Virus genome (UHGV): UHGV-0098678
DNA: 38,888 nucleotides
Reading direction: 5' to 3' (one strand)
DNA from: a virus
The position numbers were made by a program, and so were the translations under genes. The notes beneath the pieces were generated by a model, which saw only the letters and a list, made by a program, of their open reading frames with translations, was not told where the DNA came from and did no database searches. This document shows positions 25,996 through 34,213 of the stretch, in pieces (position 1 is the first letter of the stretch; the number at the start of each line of letters is the position of its first letter).

Positions 25996-27468
25996 TGCAA
26001 AAGGATCATAGTCTGTGATGGCTTTGCCTTGCTGGTTCTGCTGCCCAGGAATTCGCAGACGCTTCGACACAGGGAAAGCAAACGTCAGCAGTAGCGCATC
26101 GCCTTTACCCGGCGAACGCCCAAGCCGCTCCTTGATATCTTCCTTCGGTTCGATAACGATTTTACCGTCCACACGAACTTTGTACTCTGCTGCCGACAGG
26201 TCGTCCGCTGTTTCCTGGTCATCCAGCATGCCGCCGAGCCTCAGCCATGTCTTGCATGAGTTGAACATCTCCCCACGCTTGTTGAGCATCTGCGGGTCAG
26301 TAGACGCGCCACCGAACGGAACAAGTTGCCATGTACGACCCCAGCCGTCACCGATTGACTTCAGACCAGTTCCGTAACCGAAGTCGATGAACACTGCGTC
26401 AGCCTGGTACTGGTCTTCAAAGTCAGCGATACGCTTCGCCATAATCAGATCGTCAGTGGTCTTGTTGCCAGTCCACAGCACCTTACTGTGCAGCCCCTGC
26501 CGCAGGTATATCACAGCGTCATCAACGCCTGAGTATGCCGGGTCAACGCCGATTATCACCGGAGCATGTGCAACCTGCGCAGCGGTTACCACCCGTTTCA
26601 TTGCCTCGTCAGTAAGACCGGTAGGGATAAACTGCAATTCAGATGCATCAGGGAATATGCCGCGCACACGGATTTTAACGAAGTCGCTATCTTCCCCGTA
26701 GTCATCAACCCATTTCTGCAACTGCTGTTTGTTAGTGCCTTCCACCGTCCGGCTGTCAATCTGCGCAGTTTTCCAGCGGTGTTTATATTTGCGGAAACAT
26801 TCGCGGAAACGCCCGGTGTTACGTGTAGGGTTTCCGAACGCTACCCAGATAATCTCAGTGTCTTCGTCCGTAAGCGCACCCTCAGCAACTTCCCACACCA
26901 GATCCGCAATGTTCGACGCTTCATCGAATACCACGATGATGCGTTTGCGCTCGTTGTGTAGTCCGGCGAACGCCTCAGTGTTGTGCTCAGACCAGGGGAT
27001 TGCGTCAGCTCGCCACCGCTTGTCGTGCCCAGGGTCATTGCTGTACATCGCGGTAGCGGTACAGGTAAACCAGTCTTTCGTGATAGCAAGGTTCGACCAC
27101 TTGATAATTTCCGGCCAGGTCTTCGTTCGTAGCTGGTTGTCGGTGTTGGCGGTCACCACAACCTTACAATCCTCGCAAGTGGACATGCCCCAGTTGATCA
27201 GCATTGAGATGAATGCGGATTTACCAATACCGTGACCCGAAGCGCGTGCCAGCATAAGCGGCTGATAGCGCGTCTCTGGATTCTGCAGGTGATCACGTAT
27301 CTCTCGGAACGCATCAGCCTGCCACTGACGTGGACCGGTGGCATGTGCCAGTTCAGTCCCATCTTCCCCCCACGGGAACGCATAGAGGGCATAGCCAAGC
27401 GGATCGTGAGTGAACCCTGCAATATCCTCGATTAACTGCTCTTCAGGAGATAACGCTGTATCTGTCAC
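25993..27468 (-). CDS. terminase large subunit
   Basis: 491 aa; GTG start overlapping the TerS stop (GTGA); Walker A-like ARASGHGIGKS and acidic motif IIVVFDEASNI typical of TerL ATPase domains; C-terminal nuclease-like region. Confidence 0.8.
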   Translation of the reverse strand: MTDTALSPEEQLIEDIAGFTHDPLGYALYAFPWGEDGTELAHATGPRQWQADAFREIRDHLQNPETRYQPLMLARASGHGIGKSAFISMLINWGMSTCEDCKVVVTANTDNQLRTKTWPEIIKWSNLAITKDWFTCTATAMYSNDPGHDKRWRADAIPWSEHNTEAFAGLHNERKRIIVVFDEASNIADLVWEVAEGALTDEDTEIIWVAFGNPTRNTGRFRECFRKYKHRWKTAQIDSRTVEGTNKQQLQKWVDDYGEDSDFVKIRVRGIFPDASELQFIPTGLTDEAMKRVVTAAQVAHAPVIIGVDPAYSGVDDAVIYLRQGLHSKVLWTGNKTTDDLIMAKRIADFEDQYQADAVFIDFGYGTGLKSIGDGWGRTWQLVPFGGASTDPQMLNKRGEMFNSCKTWLRLGGMLDDQETADDLSAAEYKVRVDGKIVIEPKEDIKERLGRSPGKGDALLLTFAFPVSKRLRIPGQQNQQGKAITDYDPFA

Positions 27469-28061
27469 TGATTACCATCCTGACGTTCTTTGAGTCGCTT
27501 CCTGGCTGCTGCTATGCGATCAGCAATTGTCACATTCACATTAACATCCAGACGTTCTTTGAATGCGTTGACATCAACATGCTTACCAATCAGCTCAAGG
27601 TTCTTCACCTTGTCAGGCCATTTAATTTTTTTGAGGATTGTCTCTATTGAATCCTCGTTCATGTTCATGATGGTCGATGACAGATCAAAGCCACTAAGCG
27701 TAGTGCGCCAGATTTTCGGCCACTCACGGATTGGTTTAAGGCTCCCATCGTCGTTGAGGATGTCGATCACGTCCATCTGGTCGATCTCCACCAGGCGCAT
27801 GAGAACGTAATCAGCACTGACACGCATTCGTTTGTTGCGCTCCTCCATCAACTCGGCAATCCGTTTCTGAATGCGTTCATCGCGCATCATGACACTGGCT
27901 TTAACTGCCGCTGTATTTGGGGAGAATCCTGCGTTAATCGCAGCCTGAGTCTGGTTTTCAGGCGTTTTGATGTATGACTGGCAATAAGCCTCCTGCATTG
28001 CTGTGAGCGGCTTAAATTGCGTTGATTTGCGTTTATAGGTTTTAGGTTCAGCAGGCATCAT
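27465..28061 (-). CDS. terminase small subunit (start uncertain)
   Basis: Motif block AMQEAYCQSYIKTPENQTQAAINAGFSPNTAAVKASVMMRDERIQKRIAELMEE matches the TerS DNA-binding domain pattern; start taken at ATG 28061 (MMPAEPK...) because the track ORF begins at an upstream TTG with a hydrophobic extension. Confidence 0.6.
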   Translation of the reverse strand: MMPAEPKTYKRKSTQFKPLTAMQEAYCQSYIKTPENQTQAAINAGFSPNTAAVKASVMMRDERIQKRIAELMEERNKRMRVSADYVLMRLVEIDQMDVIDILNDDGSLKPIREWPKIWRTTLSGFDLSSTIMNMNEDSIETILKKIKWPDKVKNLELIGKHVDVNAFKERLDVNVNVTIADRIAAARKRLKERQDGNQ

Positions 28062-28078
28062 AACTACCGTGGTAATTG

Positions 28079-28093
28079 TTACCGTTGTGGTAA
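28079..28093. promoter_or_regulatory. 15-bp palindrome TTACC-N5-GGTAA (putative operator)
   Basis: TTACCgttgtGGTAA about 18 nt upstream of the proposed TerS start, just downstream of a - strand terminator hairpin. Confidence 0.45.
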
Positions 28094-28103
28094 TAATACC
28101 ATG

Positions 28104-28130
28104 CAAAATAAAGCCGCCATAGTTGGCGGC
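28104..28130 (-). terminator. rho-independent terminator on the - strand upstream of TerS (tR'-like position)
   Basis: On the - strand: GCCGCC aacuau GGCGGC followed by UUUAUUUU; located between the Cys-rich small gene (28180-28518) and TerS. Confidence 0.55.
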
Positions 28131-28179
28131 AGTATTCAAAATCCATCAAATTCATCATGCATAATCTACTCGTGACATG

Positions 28180-28518
28180 TCACACTATTAATTTCGTTTC
28201 ATGCCAGCCTTTAGTCACCCAGCATTGTGAGTCACCATTACACGGACATGAATTAACTGGAACTCTCTCGCCGCACTTACCGCAACGTGTTCTGCTGATC
28301 GATTTTATACGCCCGTGCACGCGTGCATCATCCTGGCGGATCAGTAACGCTATATACTCACCAAATTCGTAAGGCGCACGCCCGGGGCGACGCGTGGCAC
28401 AGTTACGCTCCAGAATTTCAATTTCCTGAGCATCAAGCACAATCTCCAGCTTACGCACACCAGATGCAGCTTGTCTGGCTCTCTGAGCGGCTTTGCGCTC
28501 TGCTGCTGATTTAGCCAT
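28180..28518 (-). CDS. hypothetical DNA-binding-like protein with Cys-rich C-terminal zinc-ribbon motif (candidate late regulator)
   Basis: ATG 28518 (track ORF begins one codon earlier at TTG); N-terminal basic/helical region (KLEIVLDAQEIEILERN) and C-terminal CGKCGERVPVNSCPCNGDSQC; last gene before the terminator and TerS. Confidence 0.4.
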   Translation of the reverse strand: MAKSAAERKAAQRARQAASGVRKLEIVLDAQEIEILERNCATRRPGRAPYEFGEYIALLIRQDDARVHGRIKSISRTRCGKCGERVPVNSCPCNGDSQCWVTKGWHETKLIV

Positions 28519-28792
28519 CAATATTTACCTTTATCGCGAACACCTTTACCGGTTTATCACCGAAGTGCGGATGTGTGATTGTCTTTATTTCATATCCGTT
28601 ATACGGGACGTCAATTCTGCGACTGAAGTCTTCGCGCTTCGGATATCCCTTTGTGATAATCAGGCGGTAATACTTACGGTTAACGAGGCGCTTATTCCAG
28701 TAGTCATTACACAGGCGATACTCTTCCGTTTTCTCCCCGCGAATCATGGCATCGAAGTATTCACCTTTAACGGCAAGTTGCAGGTTAGCCAC
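28511..28792 (-). CDS. hypothetical protein, ASCH-like small beta-barrel candidate
   Basis: 93 aa; GTG start with strong SD AAGGAGG; sequence MANLQLAVKGEYFDAMIRGEKTEEYRL resembles ASCH/DUF3850-type proteins (low confidence). Confidence 0.4.
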   Translation of the reverse strand: MANLQLAVKGEYFDAMIRGEKTEEYRLCNDYWNKRLVNRKYYRLIITKGYPKREDFSRRIDVPYNGYEIKTITHPHFGDKPVKVFAIKVNIDG

Positions 28793-29576
28793 GGTTAACC
28801 TCCTTCGGCGGTTCTGGTAGAGGCATCCAGTGAGTTACATGTGCCCCGTAATGATTCCAGAACGACGCAACTGGCGCACTGTCTCCATCAGGGACAACCC
28901 AGTAATCGTGATGAACTTTATTATTAAGCCCATCAAACACCAGATACTCTTTACAACTTCCGGGAATGTTCTCAGGCATTCGCTCACTACAGCTTATCCA
29001 ACCATCCAGAGTTACCGGAGTTGGTCCATCGAATTCGGGCATGTCAGGACCTTTTCTGATAGCTTTAGCCAGCTCCAGCGGGTCATCGTAAAGCCAGTCG
29101 CCAGTTTGTGGGTGATTTGCTTCTGCAAGCTGCGCAGCCCATTCAAGACCATCTTTTTGACCTTGGAGATAATCAAGTGGCAACTCTTCATGATTACTTG
29201 CAGGTTCGGCACCATGAAGCATGGCGGCGCGGCAGGCGTTCCAGCCTCTCACCTCTGCAATAGCGGCAACAGCATCAACCGCGTACATGCTAAGAGGATT
29301 AGGCATTGGTTTTTCTTCCGGTACTACTGGCACTGGAGGGGTGGCGTAGAGTGGAATTCCTCCCCCTCCACCAGAAAATTCATTGCGAGCGTTATACTCA
29401 CGACCATCTGCGTCATCACGCATCCACGCCACCGGTTCTGCTTCCAGCGATGCCAGCGCGATACGAAACACATTGGCAAGCAGGCTGTCTGAAGATTGGT
29501 TATCGTGCGCCGGGTCGCTCAGGAAGCCTGTGATGAATGATTTAATCTCCGCACGTTCTTTGGTAATAGTGGTCAT
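28785..29576 (-). CDS. hypothetical protein with DUF551-like C-terminal domain
   Basis: 263 aa; strong SD TAAGGAG; C-terminal motifs GWISCSERMPE ... HHDYWVV ... THWMPLPEPP resemble the phage-associated DUF551 domain. Confidence 0.5.
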   Translation of the reverse strand: MTTITKERAEIKSFITGFLSDPAHDNQSSDSLLANVFRIALASLEAEPVAWMRDDADGREYNARNEFSGGGGGIPLYATPPVPVVPEEKPMPNPLSMYAVDAVAAIAEVRGWNACRAAMLHGAEPASNHEELPLDYLQGQKDGLEWAAQLAEANHPQTGDWLYDDPLELAKAIRKGPDMPEFDGPTPVTLDGWISCSERMPENIPGSCKEYLVFDGLNNKVHHDYWVVPDGDSAPVASFWNHYGAHVTHWMPLPEPPKEVNRG

Positions 29577-29586
29577 GTGTTACTCC

Positions 29587-29850
29587 TTAACCCGCAGTGC
29601 TTTCAACTGATGAGGGGAATAAAATCTTTTCATCAAATCCGGCATTCATATCATGGACAGCAACACACCAATCCATCGACGAACGATTATCAAGAGCCTC
29701 CATGATTTCATCCATGCGGCGCAGGTCATACAGGTAAATGCTTTTATCGCCAATGGTGTAAAAACCAATTTTTTTCGGTGATGGGCAGCGATCAAGAACG
29801 TCCTGTAATTCGTTCAACCATGCCTGTTCTTTTTTTGTCAAAGTTGCCAT
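29587..29850 (-). CDS. hypothetical protein
   Basis: ATG 29850 with SD AAGGA 8 nt upstream (the track ORF 29587-29925 extends upstream in overlap with the neighbouring gene); 87 aa. Confidence 0.4.
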   Translation of the reverse strand: MATLTKKEQAWLNELQDVLDRCPSPKKIGFYTIGDKSIYLYDLRRMDEIMEALDNRSSMDWCVAVHDMNAGFDEKILFPSSVESTAG

Positions 29851-29851
29851 A

Positions 29852-30043
29852 TCAGTTTTCCTTATTAATGCGACAGTGGTTTTTCCAGCGGTTTTGCGCC
29901 GCGCTGGGCTTTTTGCAAAAACCACAATCCATCATCCCGTAATATTTCATCAACCCCATCCGTCGGTTGCTGAGTCTCACCCACTGCCAGACGCCAGGAG
30001 CGTTTCTACGAACTAACAGAATCTTTGCTTTACGGTTTTTCAT
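29852..30043 (-). CDS. hypothetical small basic protein
   Basis: 63 aa; ATG overlaps the stop of the upstream micro-ORF (ATGA); contains CGFCKK motif. Confidence 0.3.
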   Translation of the reverse strand: MKNRKAKILLVRRNAPGVWQWVRLSNRRMGLMKYYGMMDCGFCKKPSAAQNRWKNHCRINKEN

Positions 30044-30216
30044 CGCTTTGCTCTCCTGCGTCTCTTTGCTGCTCGTCGTGCCGCTGCAATACCGGTATGG
30101 CGGCGCTTTGGTGCCGGGATGATGTTGTCAGCCATCAGGACATGTGGCTTTGCAATTAGCGCAGAAGCCCAAAAACGAGTCGGGTACGGTAACAAGCCGA
30201 TACATGCCACACGCAT
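30040..30216 (-). CDS. hypothetical Arg-rich micro-protein (58 aa)
   Basis: Hand-translated (absent from the track as under 60 aa): ATG 30216 overlaps the upstream stop (TAATG) and follows GGAGGTGAG; C-terminus AARRAAKRRRRAKR. Confidence 0.3.
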   Translation of the reverse strand: MRVACIGLLPYPTRFWASALIAKPHVLMADNIIPAPKRRHTGIAAARRAAKRRRRAKR

Positions 30217-30929
30217 TACTCACCTCCTTTGATGCGAATGCCAGCGTCAGACATCATATGCAGATACTCAACTGCATCCTGAACCCATTGACCGCCAATC
30301 CCGTAATAGCGATGCGTAATGATGTCGATAGTTACTAACGGATCTTGTTCGATTAACTTCCGCAGAAACTCTTCCAGGTCACCAGTGCAGTGCTTGATGA
30401 CAGGAGTTTTCCCAGGATGGCGAACAACAAGAAACTGATTTCCGACTTCACGGACTTCGTTGCTTTCCAGTTCTGCAATGCGCTTCTCTGCGGCTTCCAA
30501 CTTCTCGCGCATATCGTCAACGTACTCGACCAGAGAACCGCCAGCAGGAATTTCGCACTCCTCGACCAGTTGGAAGTAGATATCAGCTGCGGCCCGTGTG
30601 TTGCTATGCCTAGCGTCGCCCATCTCACCTTCACGAAGAGCATCGCGTTCGGCGGTAAGATTGGCTATTTTGCTGTCTTTGCCTTCCAGCTCAACGCGCA
30701 GCTTCCCTACCGTTAGCGCAATATCCTCGTTCTCCTGATCGCGGCTTTTGATGTATTGCAGGTTTCTTTCCCGTTCATCCAACAATGCCAGCGCGATATC
30801 TGGCGAAAAGTGCTTCATAAAATCGTTAAGCGCATTAATTCGCTGATCGAAAGGCATTACAGGTGCTTCACCAGCAATTTTTGTTTTTTCAGCGATTTCA
30901 CGAAGCTTTTGATAATCAATCTTGCTCAC
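30216..30929 (-). CDS. hypothetical coiled-coil protein (nin-like region)
   Basis: 237 aa; GTG start with strong SD AAGGAGG, overlapping the upstream stop (GTGA); central coiled-coil-like heptads. Confidence 0.5.
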   Translation of the reverse strand: MSKIDYQKLREIAEKTKIAGEAPVMPFDQRINALNDFMKHFSPDIALALLDERERNLQYIKSRDQENEDIALTVGKLRVELEGKDSKIANLTAERDALREGEMGDARHSNTRAAADIYFQLVEECEIPAGGSLVEYVDDMREKLEAAEKRIAELESNEVREVGNQFLVVRHPGKTPVIKHCTGDLEEFLRKLIEQDPLVTIDIITHRYYGIGGQWVQDAVEYLHMMSDAGIRIKGGE

Positions 30930-31495
30930 TGGTTGCCTCCTTTGCGAAGCTGGGCGGCGATATCTTCGAGAACGCCATCAGAGAATGAGCGGTCAAAATC
31001 GCCTTCCGGCGCATTAGCCATAAACTCAGTAGAGGTAAGAATCATCCGGGCAATATCCGCGGCGTTCTTCGCAGTATCATCAATAAAACCAGCTTCCCAG
31101 GCAGCCAGCATTCTGTTCGCCACAAAGTAAGCGCCCTCCTTGCGTGCTTCAGTCTTCACTTCAGCTAGGAAAGCATCGGTGGCTGGAATGGGCTTTTGTG
31201 GTGATATAGCAATGCGAATTGTCTCAAGGTCTGGAGCTGTTTCCGCTGTTGGCACCTTGATATAACCCGTCTGCACCCCATTCATGATGAACCTGCGACG
31301 GTCATCACATATCGCCTTAAGCCCTGCATTCTCCGCCGCCAGCGCATTAGCACGCACCAGTTGCACTTCCAGTTGCGTTGCCAAATCGCTGATCAGCTTT
31401 GCCACACTGCGCATATCAACGGCACCACATTCTGCTTTCAGTTCCGAAGCCATCTCATGCCCGGCGGCAACTAACCCTTTGATATTACTTTCCAT
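30926..31495 (-). CDS. hypothetical protein (nin-like region)
   Basis: 189 aa; ATG 31495 with SD GAGGG; no recognisable motif. Confidence 0.5.
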   Translation of the reverse strand: MESNIKGLVAAGHEMASELKAECGAVDMRSVAKLISDLATQLEVQLVRANALAAENAGLKAICDDRRRFIMNGVQTGYIKVPTAETAPDLETIRIAISPQKPIPATDAFLAEVKTEARKEGAYFVANRMLAAWEAGFIDDTAKNAADIARMILTSTEFMANAPEGDFDRSFSDGVLEDIAAQLRKGGNQ

Positions 31496-31556
31496 CTTTA
31501 CCCTCGCTTATCCACATAACTTATTGATTACATTGATAACTAAAAAGATCGTCGAT

Positions 31557-31901
31557 TCAGAACTCTTCGATTTTCCATCCGCCACCTGCTTTCTTTGGCT
31601 TAACAGTTACCCCGATGATTCGGAACGGATACTGATCTGCGGCGACTTTGGTTTTCACTCTGGCGTCATCGGTCCAGAAACCTTTCACTTCGTGTAGTTC
31701 CATCTCGCCGGTGGCGAGCATCACAGCAAAATCGGGCGTATAGAACGTGTTGTCAGCTAACCGCAGCTTGATACCCTCGAATCGATACCAGGCGATTTCC
31801 CCTGCACGTTTACGCAGCTCAAGGTGCTGGCAATACGCAGATTCTGTTTTGTTCATCTGGCCTGTTTTGAGTCGACCAAGAGCCTGTATCTGTTTTCTCA
31901 T
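31557..31901 (-). CDS. putative PD-(D/E)XK-fold nuclease (DUF1064-like)
   Basis: 114 aa; motif YTPDFAVML...GEMELHEVKG fits a PD...(D/E)XK pattern; ATG 31901 with SD inside an operator-like palindrome. Confidence 0.45.
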   Translation of the reverse strand: MRKQIQALGRLKTGQMNKTESAYCQHLELRKRAGEIAWYRFEGIKLRLADNTFYTPDFAVMLATGEMELHEVKGFWTDDARVKTKVAADQYPFRIIGVTVKPKKAGGGWKIEEF

Positions 31902-31904
31902 GAT

Positions 31905-31919
31905 TTACCTCTAAGGTAA
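31905..31919. promoter_or_regulatory. 15-bp palindrome TTACC-N5-GGTAA (putative operator)
   Basis: TTACCtctaaGGTAA overlapping the SD of the 31557-31901 gene. Confidence 0.45.
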
Positions 31920-31966
31920 TTAAAAACCACATAAGACACGAAATCAATAGAGTTTAGAATATTTTA

Positions 31967-31981
31967 TTACCCAACAGGTAA
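31967..31981. promoter_or_regulatory. 15-bp palindrome TTACC-N5-GGTAA (putative operator)
   Basis: TTACCcaacaGGTAA, 62 bp from the previous site, in the intergenic region downstream of the P-like gene. Confidence 0.45.
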
Positions 31982-32018
31982 TTATCAAGGCGTAAAAAAA
32001 TGCGCTATCGCGCTGGTA

Positions 32019-32819
32019 TTACTTGATAAATCCTGCCGCCTTTCCCCGCCTGTATTCCTCCATCAGCCACTGCGCCGGTGTTATTCCCCCAAGGGTGGCG
32101 GCGTTAGGCATGCACCCGAAACTTCGCCCTGGTGGATGGTAAACGTCTCTCCCTGTGTCCGGAGGCGTACTCATGGGTTCTGGCTTTGCCTGTATGCTGA
32201 TCACCGGATCGGGTATCTGCTGTCCGGAAGCCACCTTTTTCGCCCAATCATCGAGCAGCCTGCGCGCGTGTTTCTCAACCTCTATCTCGCTAAGCTGGCG
32301 CTGATACATTGCACGGCGGGTATCACATACGACCCAGTACATAACCGGATGCCGCCACGGGAATCTTTCGGGACCACCAGGATATAAACTTTTTTCCTTG
32401 CTGTACCGGTGAAACTCCGTCATCACATCGTCAATGGTGACGCCAAGAACCATCTTGCTGTCTTTGCACCACTTGATGAATTGCCCTGGCGACGGCCAGA
32501 ACGGAGATTCACTGGCGCGGGCGTGGCGCATACCAGCAGAAACCTGTTCACGGGTTCGGATCCCCCCTTCGGCAAACGCAGCAATCCACTGCTGTTTTGC
32601 AGCAACTTCCTGCTCTGGCGTCTTCAGGTTGGTTACCACTGCCGCCGGAAACAGTTGTTTCAGCTGTTTGAAAAGGGCATCAACAAGCCTCTCTGCTGAC
32701 ATGTTCACCACGTTGTCATTGTTGGTGTACTGATGCTCATAACCTGACATGCGAGAAAGGGCTTCTCCGTCACGGTTTTGTATCGCGGTAAAAACGTTGT
32801 TCACAAGAAATCCTCCCAT
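32019..32819 (-). CDS. replication protein, lambda P-like (helicase loader)
   Basis: Block QLFPAAVVTNLKTPEQEVAAKQQWIAAFAEGGIRTREQVSAGMRHARASESPFWPSPGQFIKWC aligns with lambda P as recalled (FPASL...RRQWVLAFRENGITTMEQVNAGMRVARRQNRPFLPSPGQFVAWC); start overlaps the O-like gene end. Confidence 0.7.
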   Translation of the reverse strand: MGGFLVNNVFTAIQNRDGEALSRMSGYEHQYTNNDNVVNMSAERLVDALFKQLKQLFPAAVVTNLKTPEQEVAAKQQWIAAFAEGGIRTREQVSAGMRHARASESPFWPSPGQFIKWCKDSKMVLGVTIDDVMTEFHRYSKEKSLYPGGPERFPWRHPVMYWVVCDTRRAMYQRQLSEIEVEKHARRLLDDWAKKVASGQQIPDPVISIQAKPEPMSTPPDTGRDVYHPPGRSFGCMPNAATLGGITPAQWLMEEYRRGKAAGFIK

Positions 32820-33616
32820 GCTTCAGGGCTGTTCCAGTGCGGAACGTTGTTATCAGGTAATGTTGATTGCTTCTGTCTGCTAATCTGCAGCCGCCTTGCC
32901 AGCTTCTGCTCCCACTGTGCCTGATGGTATGCCTTACCCTCAGCCATCCAGTAAATTCTGAACTCTGCAAGTTCCTGTGCCGTTGGCAGACTGTCCAGGT
33001 AGATCCCCTGCAAGGAGCTTTTCCGAAGAAAGTCATCTGATGGCTGCCATTGTTCATGCATGACAAATTTGCCTAATTGCCCTGGCCCACCAGGAGGAAC
33101 AAAGTTATTCATCACGGCGTTGTTTGCGCCGGGGTCATGAGGCACAGAATCCCCGTTTTTTGTCCTGCTCTCCCTCTCTTGGTTAAATGACTGGTTATAT
33201 GACTGGTTCTGGATCCCGTTTTTGGGATCATTCAACATCCCGTTTTTGGGATCATTCAACATCCCGTTTTTGGGTATATTCCCGTTTTCGGTAACATTAC
33301 CGTTTTCGGGTTCATTGCCCCCCTCCCGGTTGCCTTTAATGTTCCCGTTTTTGGTTATATTAAGAGAGAAAACCCGCACTCTTTTCGTCGCTCCCTTTCT
33401 CTCTCCGGTATCTGAAATAAGCCCCATTTTCATGAGCGATATAAGCCCGGCCTGCACGGTTTTTTTATTCAGGCAAGTGTCTTTAACGAGGCGTTCTATG
33501 CTGGGGTAGCAGAGGTTATATTCATCGGCTCTGTCAGCCATCGAGAGCAGTATGAGCTTTAATGACGAGCTACCTGGATCTGTCTCCCAGGCCCAATCTG
33601 TTGCATGTCTGCTCAT
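32801..33616 (-). CDS. replication initiator, lambda O-like (HTH N-terminus, repeat-encoded linker, C-terminal P-interaction-like domain)
   Basis: 271 aa; SD GGAG; N-terminal HTH-like segment (LKLILLSMADRADEYNLCYPSIERLVKD); central Asn/Gly repeats encoded by DNA iterons; positioned directly upstream of the P-like gene. Confidence 0.6.
   Translation of the reverse strand: MSRHATDWAWETDPGSSSLKLILLSMADRADEYNLCYPSIERLVKDTCLNKKTVQAGLISLMKMGLISDTGERKGATKRVRVFSLNITKNGNIKGNREGGNEPENGNVTENGNIPKNGMLNDPKNGMLNDPKNGIQNQSYNQSFNQERESRTKNGDSVPHDPGANNAVMNNFVPPGGPGQLGKFVMHEQWQPSDDFLRKSSLQGIYLDSLPTAQELAEFRIYWMAEGKAYHQAQWEQKLARRLQISRQKQSTLPDNNVPHWNSPEAWEDFL
33213..33354. repeat. iteron array (putative replication origin) inside the O-like gene
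   Basis: Six copies of CCCGTTTT(T/C)GG beginning at 33215, 33239, 33263, 33281, 33300, 33344 (spacing 24, 24, 18, 19, 44 bp), two as perfect 24-bp units ATCCCGTTTTTGGGATCATTCAAC; an additional TGACTGGTT direct repeat at 33188-33208. Confidence 0.6.
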
Positions 33617-33631
33617 GATTAATCTCCGCTA

Positions 33632-33832
33632 TCAGCTTGAATATTGTGGGGAGGAATTAATCATGATCTGCTTAATCTCTGCCCTGATGCGACGGTTTGA
33701 TTCCATGGTGCACTCAACACAGTGTCCGTTGTAAACCCAGCGTTCACTGTCATGTCCGTGCTTACATGGTTTTCCGGTGTAGTAGCGTTTAAGTCCGCGC
33801 TTTGCGGCATCAATACGTGTAATGATTTCCAT
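33632..33832 (-). CDS. hypothetical zinc-ribbon protein (CII-position gene)
   Basis: ATG 33832 (track ORF starts at upstream TTG); 66 aa with CKHGH...HCVEC motif; located between the Cro-like gene and the O-like gene. Confidence 0.4.
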   Translation of the reverse strand: MEIITRIDAAKRGLKRYYTGKPCKHGHDSERWVYNGHCVECTMESNRRIRAEIKQIMINSSPQYSS

Positions 33833-33912
33833 GGTAAGCCCTGTTATTAGTATTTGGATTACGGTTATTTTGTGCTGACACAAAAAAAAGATCAACCAGA
33901 TTTGGTTTTTTA

Positions 33913-33927
33913 TTACCTTTGAGGTAC
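33913..33927. promoter_or_regulatory. imperfect TTACC-N5-GGTAC operator-like palindrome
   Basis: TTACCtttgaGGTAC (one mismatch in the right half) just upstream of the zinc-ribbon gene. Confidence 0.3.
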
Positions 33928-33929
33928 GG

Positions 33930-33962
33930 ATAGATATGAAAAGACCGCCGGGTGGCGGTCTA
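33930..33962 (-). terminator. terminator candidate after the Cro-like gene (tR1-like position)
   Basis: 8-bp stem AGACCGCC/GGCGGTCT with 4-nt loop; on the - strand it is followed by UUUCAUAU. Confidence 0.4.
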
Positions 33963-33982
33963 CAGAGGGTTGTAGCTGGATA

Positions 33983-34213
33983 TCATGAGTAGAAGAAGTA
34001 TGCCAGTTCTGCTTTTGAGCGCAGCCATTGTCTTGTTTTACAGGCTTTAAAAAGCCCATTCATCAATACTTTACCTGGCATTTTGCGCTTACCTGTTAAG
34101 TGAGTCTGGATATAGTGACTCGTCGTTCCGGCTTCCTGTGCGAAGGCTTCACGCTCATCCGGAGTAAGTGCAAGCCAGTGCTTTTTGAAATCGAAATGTC
34201 CGTTATCGCTCAT
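33983..34213 (-). CDS. Cro-like HTH regulator
   Basis: 76 aa, first gene of the - strand early operon divergent from the repressor; HTH-like segment AFAQEAGTTSHYIQTHLTGKRKMPG. Confidence 0.5.
   Translation of the reverse strand: MSDNGHFDFKKHWLALTPDEREAFAQEAGTTSHYIQTHLTGKRKMPGKVLMNGLFKACKTRQWLRSKAELAYFFYS

Noticed and set aside
27465-28139. 224-codon TerS ORF with hydrophobic N-terminal extension starting at TTG 28139
   Set aside because: The extension runs through the upstream terminator and operator palindrome and encodes a low-complexity Thr/Val stretch; the internal ATG 28061 is more plausible.
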